A stretch of DNA of 64,000 bases from the IMG/VR virus record IMGVR_UViG_3300029787_003156, one strand, 5' to 3'. Source of the DNA: an uncultured virus (IMG/VR IMGVR_UViG_3300029787_003156). Its lineage: Duplodnaviria; Heunggongvirae; Uroviricota; Caudoviricetes. The first letter of the stretch is position 1. The number at the start of each line of letters is the position of its first letter. The position numbers were made by a program, and so were the translations under genes. Positions 26,101 through 36,700 of the stretch are shown one piece after another. The notes below the pieces were generated by a model. That model ran no database searches, was not told the DNA's origin, and worked only from the letters and a program-made list of their open reading frames with translations.

Positions 26101-29100
26101 AGATGCGGTTGCTGCAACAGCAGTTGTCATACTGTCTAGTAAGTCTGCGTTTAGATTATTAATCTTATCAGTTGTTGGAATAACAAGAGCAGGTCCTGAT
26201 GTTACCTGAGATGTAATTTGACCATCTACAGTTAAGGTTCCATCTATATTTGCATTTGCATCAATGTCAACAGATTGTCCTGCACCTGTAACATGAAGAG
26301 AACCAACTCTTAAAGGAGCATCAGTTCCTGTAAAGATTTCTGAATTATTAGTAGCGTCTGTTAAGAATGTAAATTCTAAGGATGATCTATCTAATCCGAA
26401 GTACCCAATTTTAGCAGAGCCGTCGTAGTAACGGAACTCAACACCGCGATCCTTAGCATCGTTAGACGATGGTGCTGTGTCACCACCCAAAGTAATAACA
26501 GGGTCATCGAGAGTTGTGACCGTGCTGTTGACAGTAGTTGTTGCTCCATTGACTATTAAGTTACCTCCAACTGTAAGATCATTATGGAATTCTCCATCTC
26601 CTGTTAAATTAGTAACAGTAAATGCAGCTCTTGTGTTATTGTTATCATAAACAATAAAGTCACCACCAATGTAAGTATTTTTAGTAATCCTTGCACCACC
26701 ATCATTAGTAAATGCTACAGAATTATCTGCAAAACTTGTGGCATCCTGAGTATTGCTAATGTTAAACTTACCAGATACATCAGTATTGTTATCAATATCT
26801 ACAGTTCCAGATAGTGTAGTATTACCATATACTCTTGCATCAGTTCCTACAGCAAGTCTCTTAGTAATTCCAACACCACCACTAATTCTTACACCACCAT
26901 CTACACCGAATGATCCAGTAATAGTTTGATCACTAGCATTTGTTAGACTTGTTATTCCAGTAACACCAAGAGTAGAATTAATTTGTGATGTGCTACCAAC
27001 AGTTAATGTTCCAACAATATTACTATTACCATTGTCAGTATCAACTGTAAACTTATTAACACCAGAACCATTCTGAATTAAGAAGTTCTCATTAGAAGCA
27101 TTGATTACAAGTGAATCAATGATATTTGTTTGACCTTGTACTGTTAATGTTCCTTGTGTTTCTGTATTACCATTATCAGAATCAACTGTAAATTTATCTA
27201 CAGAACTATTATTCTGTATCTTGAACATCTTATTGTCAGCGTTCAAGATGATATTGTCTTGGAAGGTTGCTTGTCCATCAACATTTAGAGTTGAATCAAA
27301 GTCAACAGTTGCATTTACTGTGAGATCATCTGTAAATGTTGCGTCCGCATTAACAGTTAAAACATCAGTATTAGCATTACCAATAGTTGTCTGAGATCCG
27401 TTAACTGTAAAGTTGTCAGTAAGAGTTGTAACTCCGACTATATCAACTGTTCCTTGTATAGTTGTATTTCCATTATCTGTATCAACTGTAAATTTATTGC
27501 TGTTTGAGTTGTTCTGTATTTTGAACATCTTATTGTCAGCATTGATAGTCACGTTATCTTGGAACGTTGCACCTGCATCAACATTTAAGGTTGAATCAAA
27601 ATCAACAGCTGAGTTTACATTTAGTAAACCTGCAATAACTGTATTACCATTATCACTATCTACTGTAAACTTATCAACAGATCCATTTGTCTGGATCTTA
27701 AACATCTTATTATCTGCGTTAAGTGTTACATTGTCTTGGAATGTAGCACCACCATCTACGTTTAATGTTGTATCAAGATCGACAGCTGAGTTTACATTTA
27801 ATTCACCTGATATAACTGTGTTACCGTTATCTGTATCAACTGTAAACTTATCTGCAGCTGCAGCAGTTTGAATCTTGAAGAACTTGTTGTCTGCTTTTAT
27901 AGTAGTCGCATCACTTACTACTAGAGTACCTGCAATAGCAGTGTTACCAGAAGATGCTGTAATATTAAATTTGTCAGTGTTTACATCTACATTGCCTGTA
28001 ACAGCAAGGATGCCTTCCATAGTAATATTACCAGTTGTAGATCCTGCAGTAATTTTTGCAGTTCCACTTCCGTTCTTCATTATGAAGTTCTTAGAAGCAC
28101 CTTGAACAACTACTTCATCATCAAATCTAGTAGTTCCACGAGTTCTTAAGTTAGTATCAATATCAACTGTTCCACCAATATTAACATCTTGTCCTATACC
28201 TACACCACCTGCAACTACTAAGTCTCCAGTTGTGTTAGATGTTGAGTTAGTATTTGTTGTGAGTTTGATATTACCCGTGATGATCCCTGCATCTGTTCCC
28301 GCAAATACTTCCGAGGTATTTGTGGCATCGTAGAGGAATCTGAATCCTCCACTGTGTCCTCCGAGATCCGTGTAAGAATCGTCGTAACCAAAGAATCCCA
28401 CTCTTGCTTGAGTGTCATAGTATCTGAACTCAACTCCACGATCTTTACCGTCATCACTAGCTGGAGCAGTATCACCACCAAGAGTAATAATGGGATCATC
28501 CAACGTTGTAACTGTTGAATTAATTGTTGTAGTCGTTCCATCTACTTGTAAGTTTCCTCTAATAGTTACTAAACCACTAACATCTCTATCATCATTAGGG
28601 TCAATTAATATATTTCCAACAGCACCAATATGGTCTGCTTGGAACCTCATAGTTTCTATATGTACCTTTCCAGTTGCAGCAGTGGCATCAATATCTACTA
28701 CATCTTCTGCAGATAATGTTAATGTGCTAGTTCCAGAGCCTGCGTTAGTAGAAGTTACAGTTAGGTTTCTATCTACTGCAGTGTTTTGTGTGAGTTCTAT
28801 GTTGAAATCACCATCTCCAGTCTTATCAATCTGTTGTGTAGTTGCACCATCCAGAATAAAATCTGGATCACTGAATAATGTTTTTACATTTATATCTACT
28901 TCACCTGCTCCACCATCTCCTGTGTTGTTAGCACCGAAAAGTAAATTACCTGATGTGTCATTTACTTTAACGTAGTTAAGATAGTTAAATCCTCTGTATC
29001 CGCTTGTTGCAGTTAATTCCTGATCTAGTTCAAAATTCTCTAATGTATTACCATCAGCAAATCCAATTCTATTATTCTGTAGTTGACTATTATCAACTCC

Positions 29101-30234
29101 TACTGCAGCAATAGTAACATGACCATTTGAATCTACGTCAAAATCTTCTTGAGCAAATGATGCTAAACCTTTTTGTTCTACTGCAGCAGCAGCGAGGTAT
29201 CTCCAACCATTAGTATCAGATGAATCTGTATGTGTTGGTGCAATTCCTCCAGAACTAATATCTTGAATCGCTTGATATACCTTACTTCCTGTTTCAATTA
29301 TATTATCTCTTACATAATTAGTAGCACCATTGAATGCACCATACTTACTACCTTCAGTAGCAGTTGCTATAGGAAGATTAGTAGCTGATGTTATTCTTCC
29401 ATCTTCATTAACAGTGAACTTAACTGCGTTTACAGTTTCAGTTCCAAATGGTTCGTTACTACCTCCTACTGCATTAACAGAAGTTAAAGACTCTGTATTA
29501 TAATTACCTTGAGTTACAGCAGTTGTTATAAGGTTAATAGTAGGATTACCATTAACACCTGCACCATTATTAATTTGTATTTTTCCTGCAGTACCAGTAA
29601 TCGTTCTGGTTGCCATAGCACCACCAGACGTTCTAGCGATCATACCAGTCGTTGTGAGACCTGCAATAGCAACTAGGTCTAAATCATAAGGTTGAGCAGA
29701 AGCACCCTCTGTAGTCCCGTCTAGACCGTAATCAGCAAGCGTTCCATTATTACCTGTAGTATAGTCTATCGCTGCGGTAATTCTACCTTTTGCGTCTACA
29801 GTTACTTTGTTATAAGTTCCAGATGAAGAAGCTGTTCCATCGTAATGAGGAAGAGTTGCAACTAAAGAAAGTTCTGCAGCAAGGTTTAAGTTCTGTGATC
29901 CATCAAATGTTCCTGTGGCACTTAGGTCATCAGATAGAGTTATTTGTCGAGTTGAAGAAAGTCTAGCAGCAGTTGAAGAGTTACCAATTAGAGTCGCAGT
30001 TATAACACCCGCAGCAAAATTACCGTCAGCATCCCTTTGTACAAGAGTGTTTGCAGTATTAGATATGGATTCAACAGGTCTTTCGTATCGCAAGGTATTC
30101 CATGCTGATACTCCATCACCAATCTTAAATCGACCAGTATCTAATTCTATACCCAATTCACCTTGTGCAAGAGTCGGGTTGGAGTTTGCCCATTCCTGTG
30201 CACCACCCCTTCTTAATTGTAATCTATTTGCCAT
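23197..30234 (-). CDS. Long repeat-rich fibre protein (2345 aa) with an Mtd-N/hyaluronidase-like N-terminal anchor
   Basis: N-terminus RLQLRRG.A.EW...NPTLAQGELGIELDTGRFKIGDG..AW..L; Gly/Thr/Asn-rich shaft repeats; lies upstream of g13, where T4 has wac. Confidence 0.85.
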   Translation of the reverse strand: MANRLQLRRGGAQEWANSNPTLAQGELGIELDTGRFKIGDGVSAWNTLRYERPVESISNTANTLVQRDADGNFAAGVITATLIGNSSTAARLSSTRQITLSDDLSATGTFDGSQNLNLAAELSLVATLPHYDGTASSSGTYNKVTVDAKGRITAAIDYTTGNNGTLADYGLDGTTEGASAQPYDLDLVAIAGLTTTGMIARTSGGAMATRTITGTAGKIQINNGAGVNGNPTINLITTAVTQGNYNTESLTSVNAVGGSNEPFGTETVNAVKFTVNEDGRITSATNLPIATATEGSKYGAFNGATNYVRDNIIETGSKVYQAIQDISSGGIAPTHTDSSDTNGWRYLAAAAVEQKGLASFAQEDFDVDSNGHVTIAAVGVDNSQLQNNRIGFADGNTLENFELDQELTATSGYRGFNYLNYVKVNDTSGNLLFGANNTGDGGAGEVDINVKTLFSDPDFILDGATTQQIDKTGDGDFNIELTQNTAVDRNLTVTSTNAGSGTSTLTLSAEDVVDIDATAATGKVHIETMRFQADHIGAVGNILIDPNDDRDVSGLVTIRGNLQVDGTTTTINSTVTTLDDPIITLGGDTAPASDDGKDRGVEFRYYDTQARVGFFGYDDSYTDLGGHSGGFRFLYDATNTSEVFAGTDAGIITGNIKLTTNTNSTSNTTGDLVVAGGVGIGQDVNIGGTVDIDTNLRTRGTTRFDDEVVVQGASKNFIMKNGSGTAKITAGSTTGNITMEGILAVTGNVDVNTDKFNITASSGNTAIAGTLVVSDATTIKADNKFFKIQTAAAADKFTVDTDNGNTVISGELNVNSAVDLDTTLNVDGGATFQDNVTLNADNKMFKIQTNGSVDKFTVDSDNGNTVIAGLLNVNSAVDFDSTLNVDAGATFQDNVTINADNKMFKIQNNSNSNKFTVDTDNGNTTIQGTVDIVGVTTLTDNFTVNGSQTTIGNANTDVLTVNADATFTDDLTVNATVDFDSTLNVDGQATFQDNIILNADNKMFKIQNNSSVDKFTVDSDNGNTETQGTLTVQGQTNIIDSLVINASNENFLIQNGSGVNKFTVDTDNGNSNIVGTLTVGSTSQINSTLGVTGITSLTNASDQTITGSFGVDGGVRISGGVGITKRLAVGTDARVYGNTTLSGTVDIDNNTDVSGKFNISNTQDATSFADNSVAFTNDGGARITKNTYIGGDFIVYDNNNTRAAFTVTNLTGDGEFHNDLTVGGNLIVNGATTTVNSTVTTLDDPVITLGGDTAPSSNDAKDRGVEFRYYDGSAKIGYFGLDRSSLEFTFLTDATNNSEIFTGTDAPLRVGSLHVTGAGQSVDIDANANIDGTLTVDGQITSQVTSGPALVIPTTDKINNLNADLLDSMTTAVAATASTVVNRDSSGDFAANIITVATGTGSGAGIQGNAITADEWKTARTLTVDGVVNGTISINGGSDITLTTTFDDPDITGLSGMTGTGYVVRTAANTFAQRTFQVTGNSGITLTNADGVSGATTINVASTSNNASDNLVLRDGSGNFSAGNITADLGGNLTNTTTTAKNFIPQATATWNLGSNTVRWAYGYFGNVTSTSATITNITGDLGGNLTNTTSTARNFIPEADSTWNLGSNTVRWAYSYSDTVVAQSATITNITGDLGGNLTNASTVSKNIIPQATATWNLGSNTVRWAYVYSGNVTATSATITNITGDLGGNLTNASTVSRNIIPQADSTWNLGSSTQRYAYTYSDNFTGSSATITNVTGDLGGNLTNATSTAKSIVPVADATWNLGSNTHRWAYVYANTLNVTNNINANVTGALTGNADTATRLQTARTIGGTTFDGTVDITPATATQATNLDNHDTDQLSEGTSNQYYTEARVQAKIDNAYDQLKAMLTNLATTTTLKINLSGDPTPGNVVSLGSITASGLGGFTGATGVATNGGTGVGLTVDTTVTNGAITGITLNAAGTGYLISDTLTLTNANAGGVSTLNLGSLVTGTGGFSNATAVATTGGSGTGLTLDTTVDASGAITNLVVNAAGTGYANGETITLTNPNAGGVATTDTLVVGTGYINGTAVATTGGGGSGLTVDVTTSGGQVTGVAVNAAGTGYAVDDTITITNPNGGGVQTLGTIATAGTGYANGSGIAVVGGNGSGLTVDLTTSAGVVTGVAINADGSGYAVSDVVTIVNANGTGAKTLGSITTAGTGYTAGSGVATTSSGSGTGLTVDTTVDGDGAITAVTINDDGSGYAASEVITIAGGSGTAQFTVSAIHGNGCTIPISAVFDNNATFDVASVFVDATVNLATVFTDATFALGDITAMEIGGMVIGATSGTTGVITAMDSSSVTVDNVDGFFKSGETVGANDVTNLTISSFG
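24868..25662 (-). repeat. Five tandem 159-nt (53-aa) coding repeats in the fibre gene
   Basis: Unit ITGDLGGNLTN..T...N.IP.A..TWNLGS.T.RWAY.Y...; the DNA motif ccacctagatc/ccacctaaatc recurs at 159-nt spacing (about 25007, 25166, 25325, 25484, 25643). Confidence 0.9.
26990..27900 (-). repeat. Degenerate coding repeats (ADNKMFKIQ....DKFTVD.DNGNT) in the fibre gene
   Basis: Five recognisable copies in the translation, the first three about 59 aa apart; boundaries approximate. Confidence 0.8.
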
Positions 30235-30273
30235 TTCTTTTTAGGACAACTCTATGAGAACATGCTTCCAAGT

Positions 30274-30280
30274 TATTTAT
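30274..30280 (-). promoter_or_regulatory. Late promoter ATAAATA for the fibre-g13-g16 operon
   Basis: Directly downstream of a terminator, the same layout as at g23/g3. Confidence 0.7.
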
Positions 30281-30286
30281 GTCACT

Positions 30287-30310
30287 AAAAAAGGGGAACT
30301 CCTGTCCCCC
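30287..30310 (-). terminator. Rho-independent terminator
   Basis: Minus strand GGGGA-CAGGAGT-TCCCC followed by TTTTTT. Confidence 0.75.
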
Positions 30311-30321
30311 CTTAAAATGAT

Positions 30322-30561
30322 TTATTCAGTTAACTCAGGAGACTCGGAAGTTACATCATCCTCTTCAATAATTGGAGGGGATTCTGTGTCGCCTGGTGGA
30401 GAATAATACTCCAATGCTTCTATAGCACCTTGAAGTTTCAATGCTTGAACTTCATTTTGTTTGATTTTACCAGCTAGTTCCTGGTTTTCTTTGATCAACC
30501 CACTGTATCTCTCTTTAAATTGGGAGAGCATTTGATCTTGACCGATCTTTTCCATTGTCAT
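30322..30561 (-). CDS. Small coiled-coil hypothetical protein (79 aa)
   Basis: Heptad pattern ...LKLQGAIEALEY and acidic tail; ATGA overlap with the upstream gene. Confidence 0.7.
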   Translation of the reverse strand: MTMEKIGQDQMLSQFKERYSGLIKENQELAGKIKQNEVQALKLQGAIEALEYYSPPGDTESPPIIEEDDVTSESPELTE

Positions 30562-30779
30562 GAATTTTTTGCTAACGTTAACAAGAGAGATTTTATCTCA
30601 CTCATATCTGATTTTAGGCTATAAACATCATTTTGTAAAGCCTTAAAATCTTCTTTCTCCTTCAGATCTGCTCTATATGCAGCCATGTATTGTTCATACT
30701 TAGCGGAATCAGAACACGAAACTGCTCCTGTTATATCATCTTTGTACCAATTTTCAATGTCTTTAATTGGAACTTTCAT
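30558..30779 (-). CDS. Small hypothetical protein (73 aa) with C-terminal coiled coil
   Basis: Coupled to the DUF4815 gene stop; ...LKSDMSEIKSLLLTL tail. Confidence 0.7.
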   Translation of the reverse strand: MKVPIKDIENWYKDDITGAVSCSDSAKYEQYMAAYRADLKEKEDFKALQNDVYSLKSDMSEIKSLLLTLAKNS

Positions 30780-33700
30780 TATACAGCAAGAGCGATAGCT
30801 CGTAAATCTTTAACGATTGGTGCGTATGCTTGGTTTGGAGATACAAACACAAGTTTAACTTGGTATTGTGAGAAATCTAAACCTGCAACCTCATACTCAT
30901 AATCGTAGTATTGTAACTCATCAGAAGTTTGAGGAATCTTAGCATCACCAGTAGGGAAGAATTCCCATCCTAGAGTCTCTATAGAATCAGTAGATCCCGA
31001 AGGTAGTACTCTATATAGAGGTTTAATTTCAGTGTTAGCTGGGCGATAACCCGCAAACATTAATTTAATAGAAGACGATGGATTACTTAAGTCAGCAACC
31101 TTAGTAATATAGACTCCATTATGTCCGTCACCAACTGGTAACTGAGCAGTATTAGGATCTGCAGGAGCGTTGATTCTATGACTGATTGTAGTAATAGACA
31201 TTCTGTCAGTATCAACAACAGGAGTTACATTATCAGATTCACTGAATAGTGTTAGATCCAGTCTAAATGACTTAGCACCACTTAATTCTGCAGACTCGTT
31301 TTGAGCAGAGCATATTAACTGTGGAGCAACAAAGTAATTATCTTCACCTAGGTTTACATCATAGAACTCTCCAGTATTACTGAATGAGTTTTGTGATAAT
31401 GACTGTCCATCATTAATTGATGTTCCAGTAATAGTATTAACTCTTGCTGTGATCAAAGTCTTAGGAAGAGTCATTCTCTGAATTTGTGGTGAGAGAATTT
31501 CATACTGTATGTTCTGAGATGCAATAACATTAGTAGCACCAGATCTAATACCTAATCTACCAATAGATGAAGTTGCAAGATCGTAACTGTCTAAAGTAGG
31601 ACTTTGTATATTAGTATGAGTCTTATTGATTTCAGTTAGAGGAATACCATCTAAGTTATAACATTCCACATTTGTTTCATCAGCATGACTTACTGCTGTA
31701 GTTCCAGCTAGTCCTCTTTCATTAACAGTAATAGTTTTACCAGTTCCACTAATTCCAGTATAGGACATGATTTCATCTTCTATCTTGATATAACCAAGAT
31801 TTAATGTACCAACATTAGCACCGTTAATAACGGTATGGAATGCTGTTGCATCATTAACCTGTATGGTTGTATCAGATGCTGATATAGATGATGTTAAGTA
31901 TGTTGGTGATACCTCAGATGTAACACCTTCGATAACAACATTATTATCTGTATCATGCATACCGTGGTGTGAATGCTGTATAGTTACTCTTCTTTGAGAA
32001 GTAGTATATGTTGGAGTGCTACTTGGGAATGCATCTTGAACAGTTGAAGATGAAACGTTATCTCCAGAGTAAGTTATAGAACCAACAGTTGCAGTCTTAG
32101 TAGAAGTTCCACCAGTAATTTGTTCAGTAGAAGATGTGAATGTAGTTGAAACATATTTAAGTGTTAATGTTCCTGCACCACCGCCACCATCTGTCCAACT
32201 AACAACCTCTGCAGTTGGAGCAGAAGCACTGTTACCAGTTATAGTTTCACCAACAGTAAAGTCACCTGATGCACTTGTTACTGCCATAGTAGCAAGAGTC
32301 TTAGAAGAAACTATTCTGTTAATAATAGTTCCACCAGTTGATGAACCTGACTGCCATGTTCCTGATATATCATTGATAGTTAACAGAACTCCTGCATTAC
32401 TATCTGTAATTTCTTTAATTGTTCCTTGAGCAAGAGTCGTCTTTTGATAAACACGAGCACCAACTGTATAAGGAAGGGTTGCATTGACAGCATTCATTAC
32501 TAACTGTAACTCTGGTTGATATGTTTGAACTGGATCAGTTCTTAATACAATCTTACCACCGTTACCTATGTCTAAAGGAGCATTGTTTAATGTTAACTGA
32601 GAAGCAACACTGGTATTAAATACCGCTTTATAAACAACGAACTTAAGATCTTCGTACTGGTCTGCAGTCCATGTAGTTGCGTTCTGTGATTTGAATAGAA
32701 CACCTGCATATGGTTGTTCAGATATAGTTCTGTCTCCAGTAATATCTAACTCACCCATTCTAGAGATCCAAACCTGATATTCATTAGAGTCTGAGAATAG
32801 AACAAAACAATGTTCAATAGACTGAGGAATATAAACAGGTGCTTGGAATGTAAACTTAGTCGCAATAGCACCAGTTTCAGATGTCTGAATAGTATCTGGA
32901 GTTACAGTAACGTCAGAGAATGGAAGAATACTTGTTGTTGGATATCCATTTGACATAGTTCTGATCTGCATAGAGATCGGAATATTACTATCTTTAGCGT
33001 TGAAGTAAACATCAACAGAAGTAATAAACACACCACCAGTTTCATCAACTAAGAATGATTGTGCAAGTGGATCCCACCAACCAACCTGACGTGTTTCAGT
33101 TCTAGTTGTTTGGACAGTTCTATCTTGAGTTACAGTATCTTGAACAATATCAGCATTTCTAATTGATAATACATTTTCTTGTAATGTATTCAATGTACCT
33201 GTTGCTGCATATTCTGTTTGTGCAGCAGATGCAACTGTTCCAAATGTTCTAGAATCATCTGAATTAGTTGTTAATCTTAGTAGTCTACTACCAGTTGCCC
33301 AACGTGGATTTGTATTGACTTGAGGTTGTGGTATAAAGAATGAACCTTTCCACTGTCCTAATCTATCAGTCATCAATCTACGATCACGAACAACTGCTCT
33401 TGCACCAGATGTTCCAACTAAAACTTCACCTACTTGTATATTACCGTAGTATTGTCCAACTGCCTGAGCAGCAAGTGATTCAGTATCAACGTTGATAAAG
33501 TTAGTAGTTGAAGAATATGATGATGGCATATCAGTATCATCATAAGGATTCCATGTAAAGAAGTTGTTTGGAGCAGAAACTCTAAATCTAGCACCACTTA
33601 CTAAACCTCTAACTGTCTCACCAATTACAAATGGTGTTGAGTTTGTTCTACTATCTGTAGAAGGATTTTTAATAACTTCAAGAACTTTTGGCATCATGTA

Positions 33701-36700
33701 ATCACCAACTTTAGTTCCATCGAAGAATGCATAGAATGTTGTTCTTGGTTTCATTCTAGCAACAGTTACATCAATATTTCTAGAACGTATCCAAGGAATA
33801 GATGTTGAAGATACAGTTCTATCTCCCATTGACTGACGATCAATTCTGGGAACTACTCTACTTCTAATACCTCTTCTTGTTTGATTATTTGTAGCCGTAA
33901 TGGTTCTTGATCCCATAACACGACGACCTCTACCACGGACATAGTTAGCAAATGTATGTTCTCTCCATGTACTCCATGCACCAGTAGATTCTCCAGACCA
34001 TGTAGTATTCCATGAACCCCATTGGATAGGAGCAAAACCAGATTGATCTACATTCATCTCTCTGCTAGTTGCTTCAAAATCACCCTCAACATCAATAACA
34101 TTAACAGGAAGACGATTAGTATCTACCCAGTCATCTGAAGCAGGTACAAGATCAATACGTCCAATGTAAGCAAATACGTTGAATGGGTTTACATTTTCAA
34201 CTCTAGAAGCATATGATTGAGTAATTAATGCTATCTCAGTATAAGGTAGTGTAATTAAAGGACCAGTCTTTTGATAATTTGTAGACAGTGATTCATTAAT
34301 TAATAATGATGTATTAGTAGTGTAGTGTGAAGACTGACAAGTTCCATCAGAATAACTTAATGCAGCAGCATAGTCTGGATTTGTTGTACTAGATTTAGAA
34401 TGATCTGTAAAATCATCAACCATAAATCCATTCTTCAGACGATTCTTACCAGATGCATCAGTAATTTCAACGTTGAATGTATCACTTTCTAACATGTTAA
34501 GTGATGTATAATATTCAACTTGGTCAATACGTTTTTCTAAAGTACCAATATCACGCATAGTATAACGTCTGTTATCAGATTTCTGAATAACGACATCACT
34601 AGAAGGATCAAAACCATATGGTGCATGTAGCAATGTTGCTAGTAGCATACCATCTTGTAGATCATCTGGAGGAGAAGGTCTCTGTTCTGACTTACCTTTA
34701 ACAACTTGAAATTCTCCAGTAGGTAGTAAGAATACTTTATCAACTCTAGGAAGATACCAATCAAAATCACATCTAAAGTCACTAGCAACTTTAGGAATAT
34801 CAAATAGAGTTGCAGATGGACTACCTGCAGTTGGGAATGTTCTATGTTTAAAGTCTAATGTAGCAGCATTTACATATGCAGGAGAAGCAACTGATCCAGT
34901 TCCTGTAAATAAGTTTCTAACACCTGGTCTAAAGTCTAAGAAATCAGGTAAGAATTTTTCTTGATAATAAGGAACATCAGCATATGCAGTATCCAAATAT
35001 GATTGACCTGCAAAGTAATCTCCAGTAGCAGCATGAGAATAGTAATCTAAAACAATTTTTACTTTTCTAATTGGTCTAGCAACACCTTTCTTTCTTACTA
35101 ATTTTGATATACCATATATAAATCCAGTTTGACCAGTCTCTAATTCATAACGATCTGTGATAACTTTAGATCCTTCAATAATAGATCCTACAGAGTCATT
35201 AATAATACCTTGAATAGCAATATTACTACTATTAAATCCATCAACTGTTTCACCTGATATGAACTTACCACTTAAATAAACTAGTGATAGTTTTAAAGTA
35301 CTTGAGTTAAAGTCAACAACTCTTGCTCTTGCACCAGATGTTTTACCTGTAACAATACTCTTAGTCTCAAAGAATGTTGGTTCAACTAAAGTTATAGAAG
35401 GTATTATTGGATCAGCATCGTCCATTGATTCATATACAGCATGTATATTAAATACGTCTGTTATACCTAATGATAAATCTACGTCTTCAATTCTAGTTCC
35501 ATATACTCCAGAATATGTAAGTTGATAGTTTTGCTTATCTAAATTCTGAACAGTTTGATTCACCTTTAACACAAACATGTTAGTAGGTGATTTTGTTTTC
35601 TTAGTTGTAACGTTCTTAGAAACAGATGCTGTAACTTTAACAGATGTAATTGCACCTGAGTCACCTGTCACATCTAAGTTTGTTATCTGAATTGTAGTTC
35701 TATCAGCCGATGTAAATGTAGTATAACCAATAGCACCAGTATTTACAGTGTCAATGGGTATCTGTGCACCTGCAGGATATGCAGATGATGTACTGCCCAT
35801 AACAGTAAATGAATATGAAGTATTCGTAATTGCTTGGAACTGCTCGTTCTCAGGAAGAGTAATTGATATAGCGTTTGCAGCAACAGTTTGAGAGTCAAAA
35901 GTTCTTCTAACAACCATAGACTCGTCAGAAATAGTCTTGACATATGGTTTAGGCATTTCTTTAAGAAGAGTTGCCTTTTCTGTTTCCCAAAGTTTTGATC
36001 TATAACGTAGTAATGTATTATAAGTTCCTGCTGCAGGATAGTTAGAACCAGGAGGTGTTACTTTAACTACTTGAGTAGAGTAAGTAAATATAGATCCAGT
36101 ATTAGATGATGCTAAGTTTGTAGGATCAACATAATCTACATCAACATATTTTGTTTCAGAGAAATATATTCTATCGCCAGGTCTTAAGTCAGAAGCAAAG
36201 TTTGAATTTAAACCAGTAATTTTTTCATTACTACTAGTTGCATCATAAGTGAATGTAGCACCTTGAAGGAATTTTAAATCTTCTAATATAATATCTGCTG
36301 TAAATTCTACTGCTGATGTAGACTCATCTTTAGCACAAACTTGTCTACTATCAGAATATTTGTAAGTATGGACATTAGTAATAGTATCTAAATTTAAACC
36401 ATCTAATGTTACCATCTCACCTTGTTGGAAAGTTCCTTCAACTTGATAAATGCTCAAGTGAGTTGCAGCAGAAACGTTATCAATTAAATATCCTTTTGCA
36501 CCAGATGATTTACCAACAACAAGAGATCCTCTCTGATCAGCAGCACCAGTACTAATAGTTTGTGCAGATGCTAAATGTAATACAGTAAACATTTGAACAT
36601 CAAACAGATGCATATTATATTTGTCATCTGCATTACCAAAACTATTATCTGGATCTTGTAAGAATTCAAGAGATGCTACACGTGCATATCCAATTACATT

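Noticed and set aside
30080..30234. Mtd-like N-terminus suggesting a diversity-generating retroelement
   Set aside because: Only the generic anchor domain is present. There is no reverse transcriptase, and I saw no template/variable repeat pair differing at adenines.
23258..30244. Many plus-strand ORFs (e.g. 27413-27871, 28490-28975; also 10329-10877, 9803-10204)
   Set aside because: Antisense shadows of real genes caused by Thr/Gly/Val codon bias; Val/Pro/Ser-rich, with no RBS or recognisable motifs.
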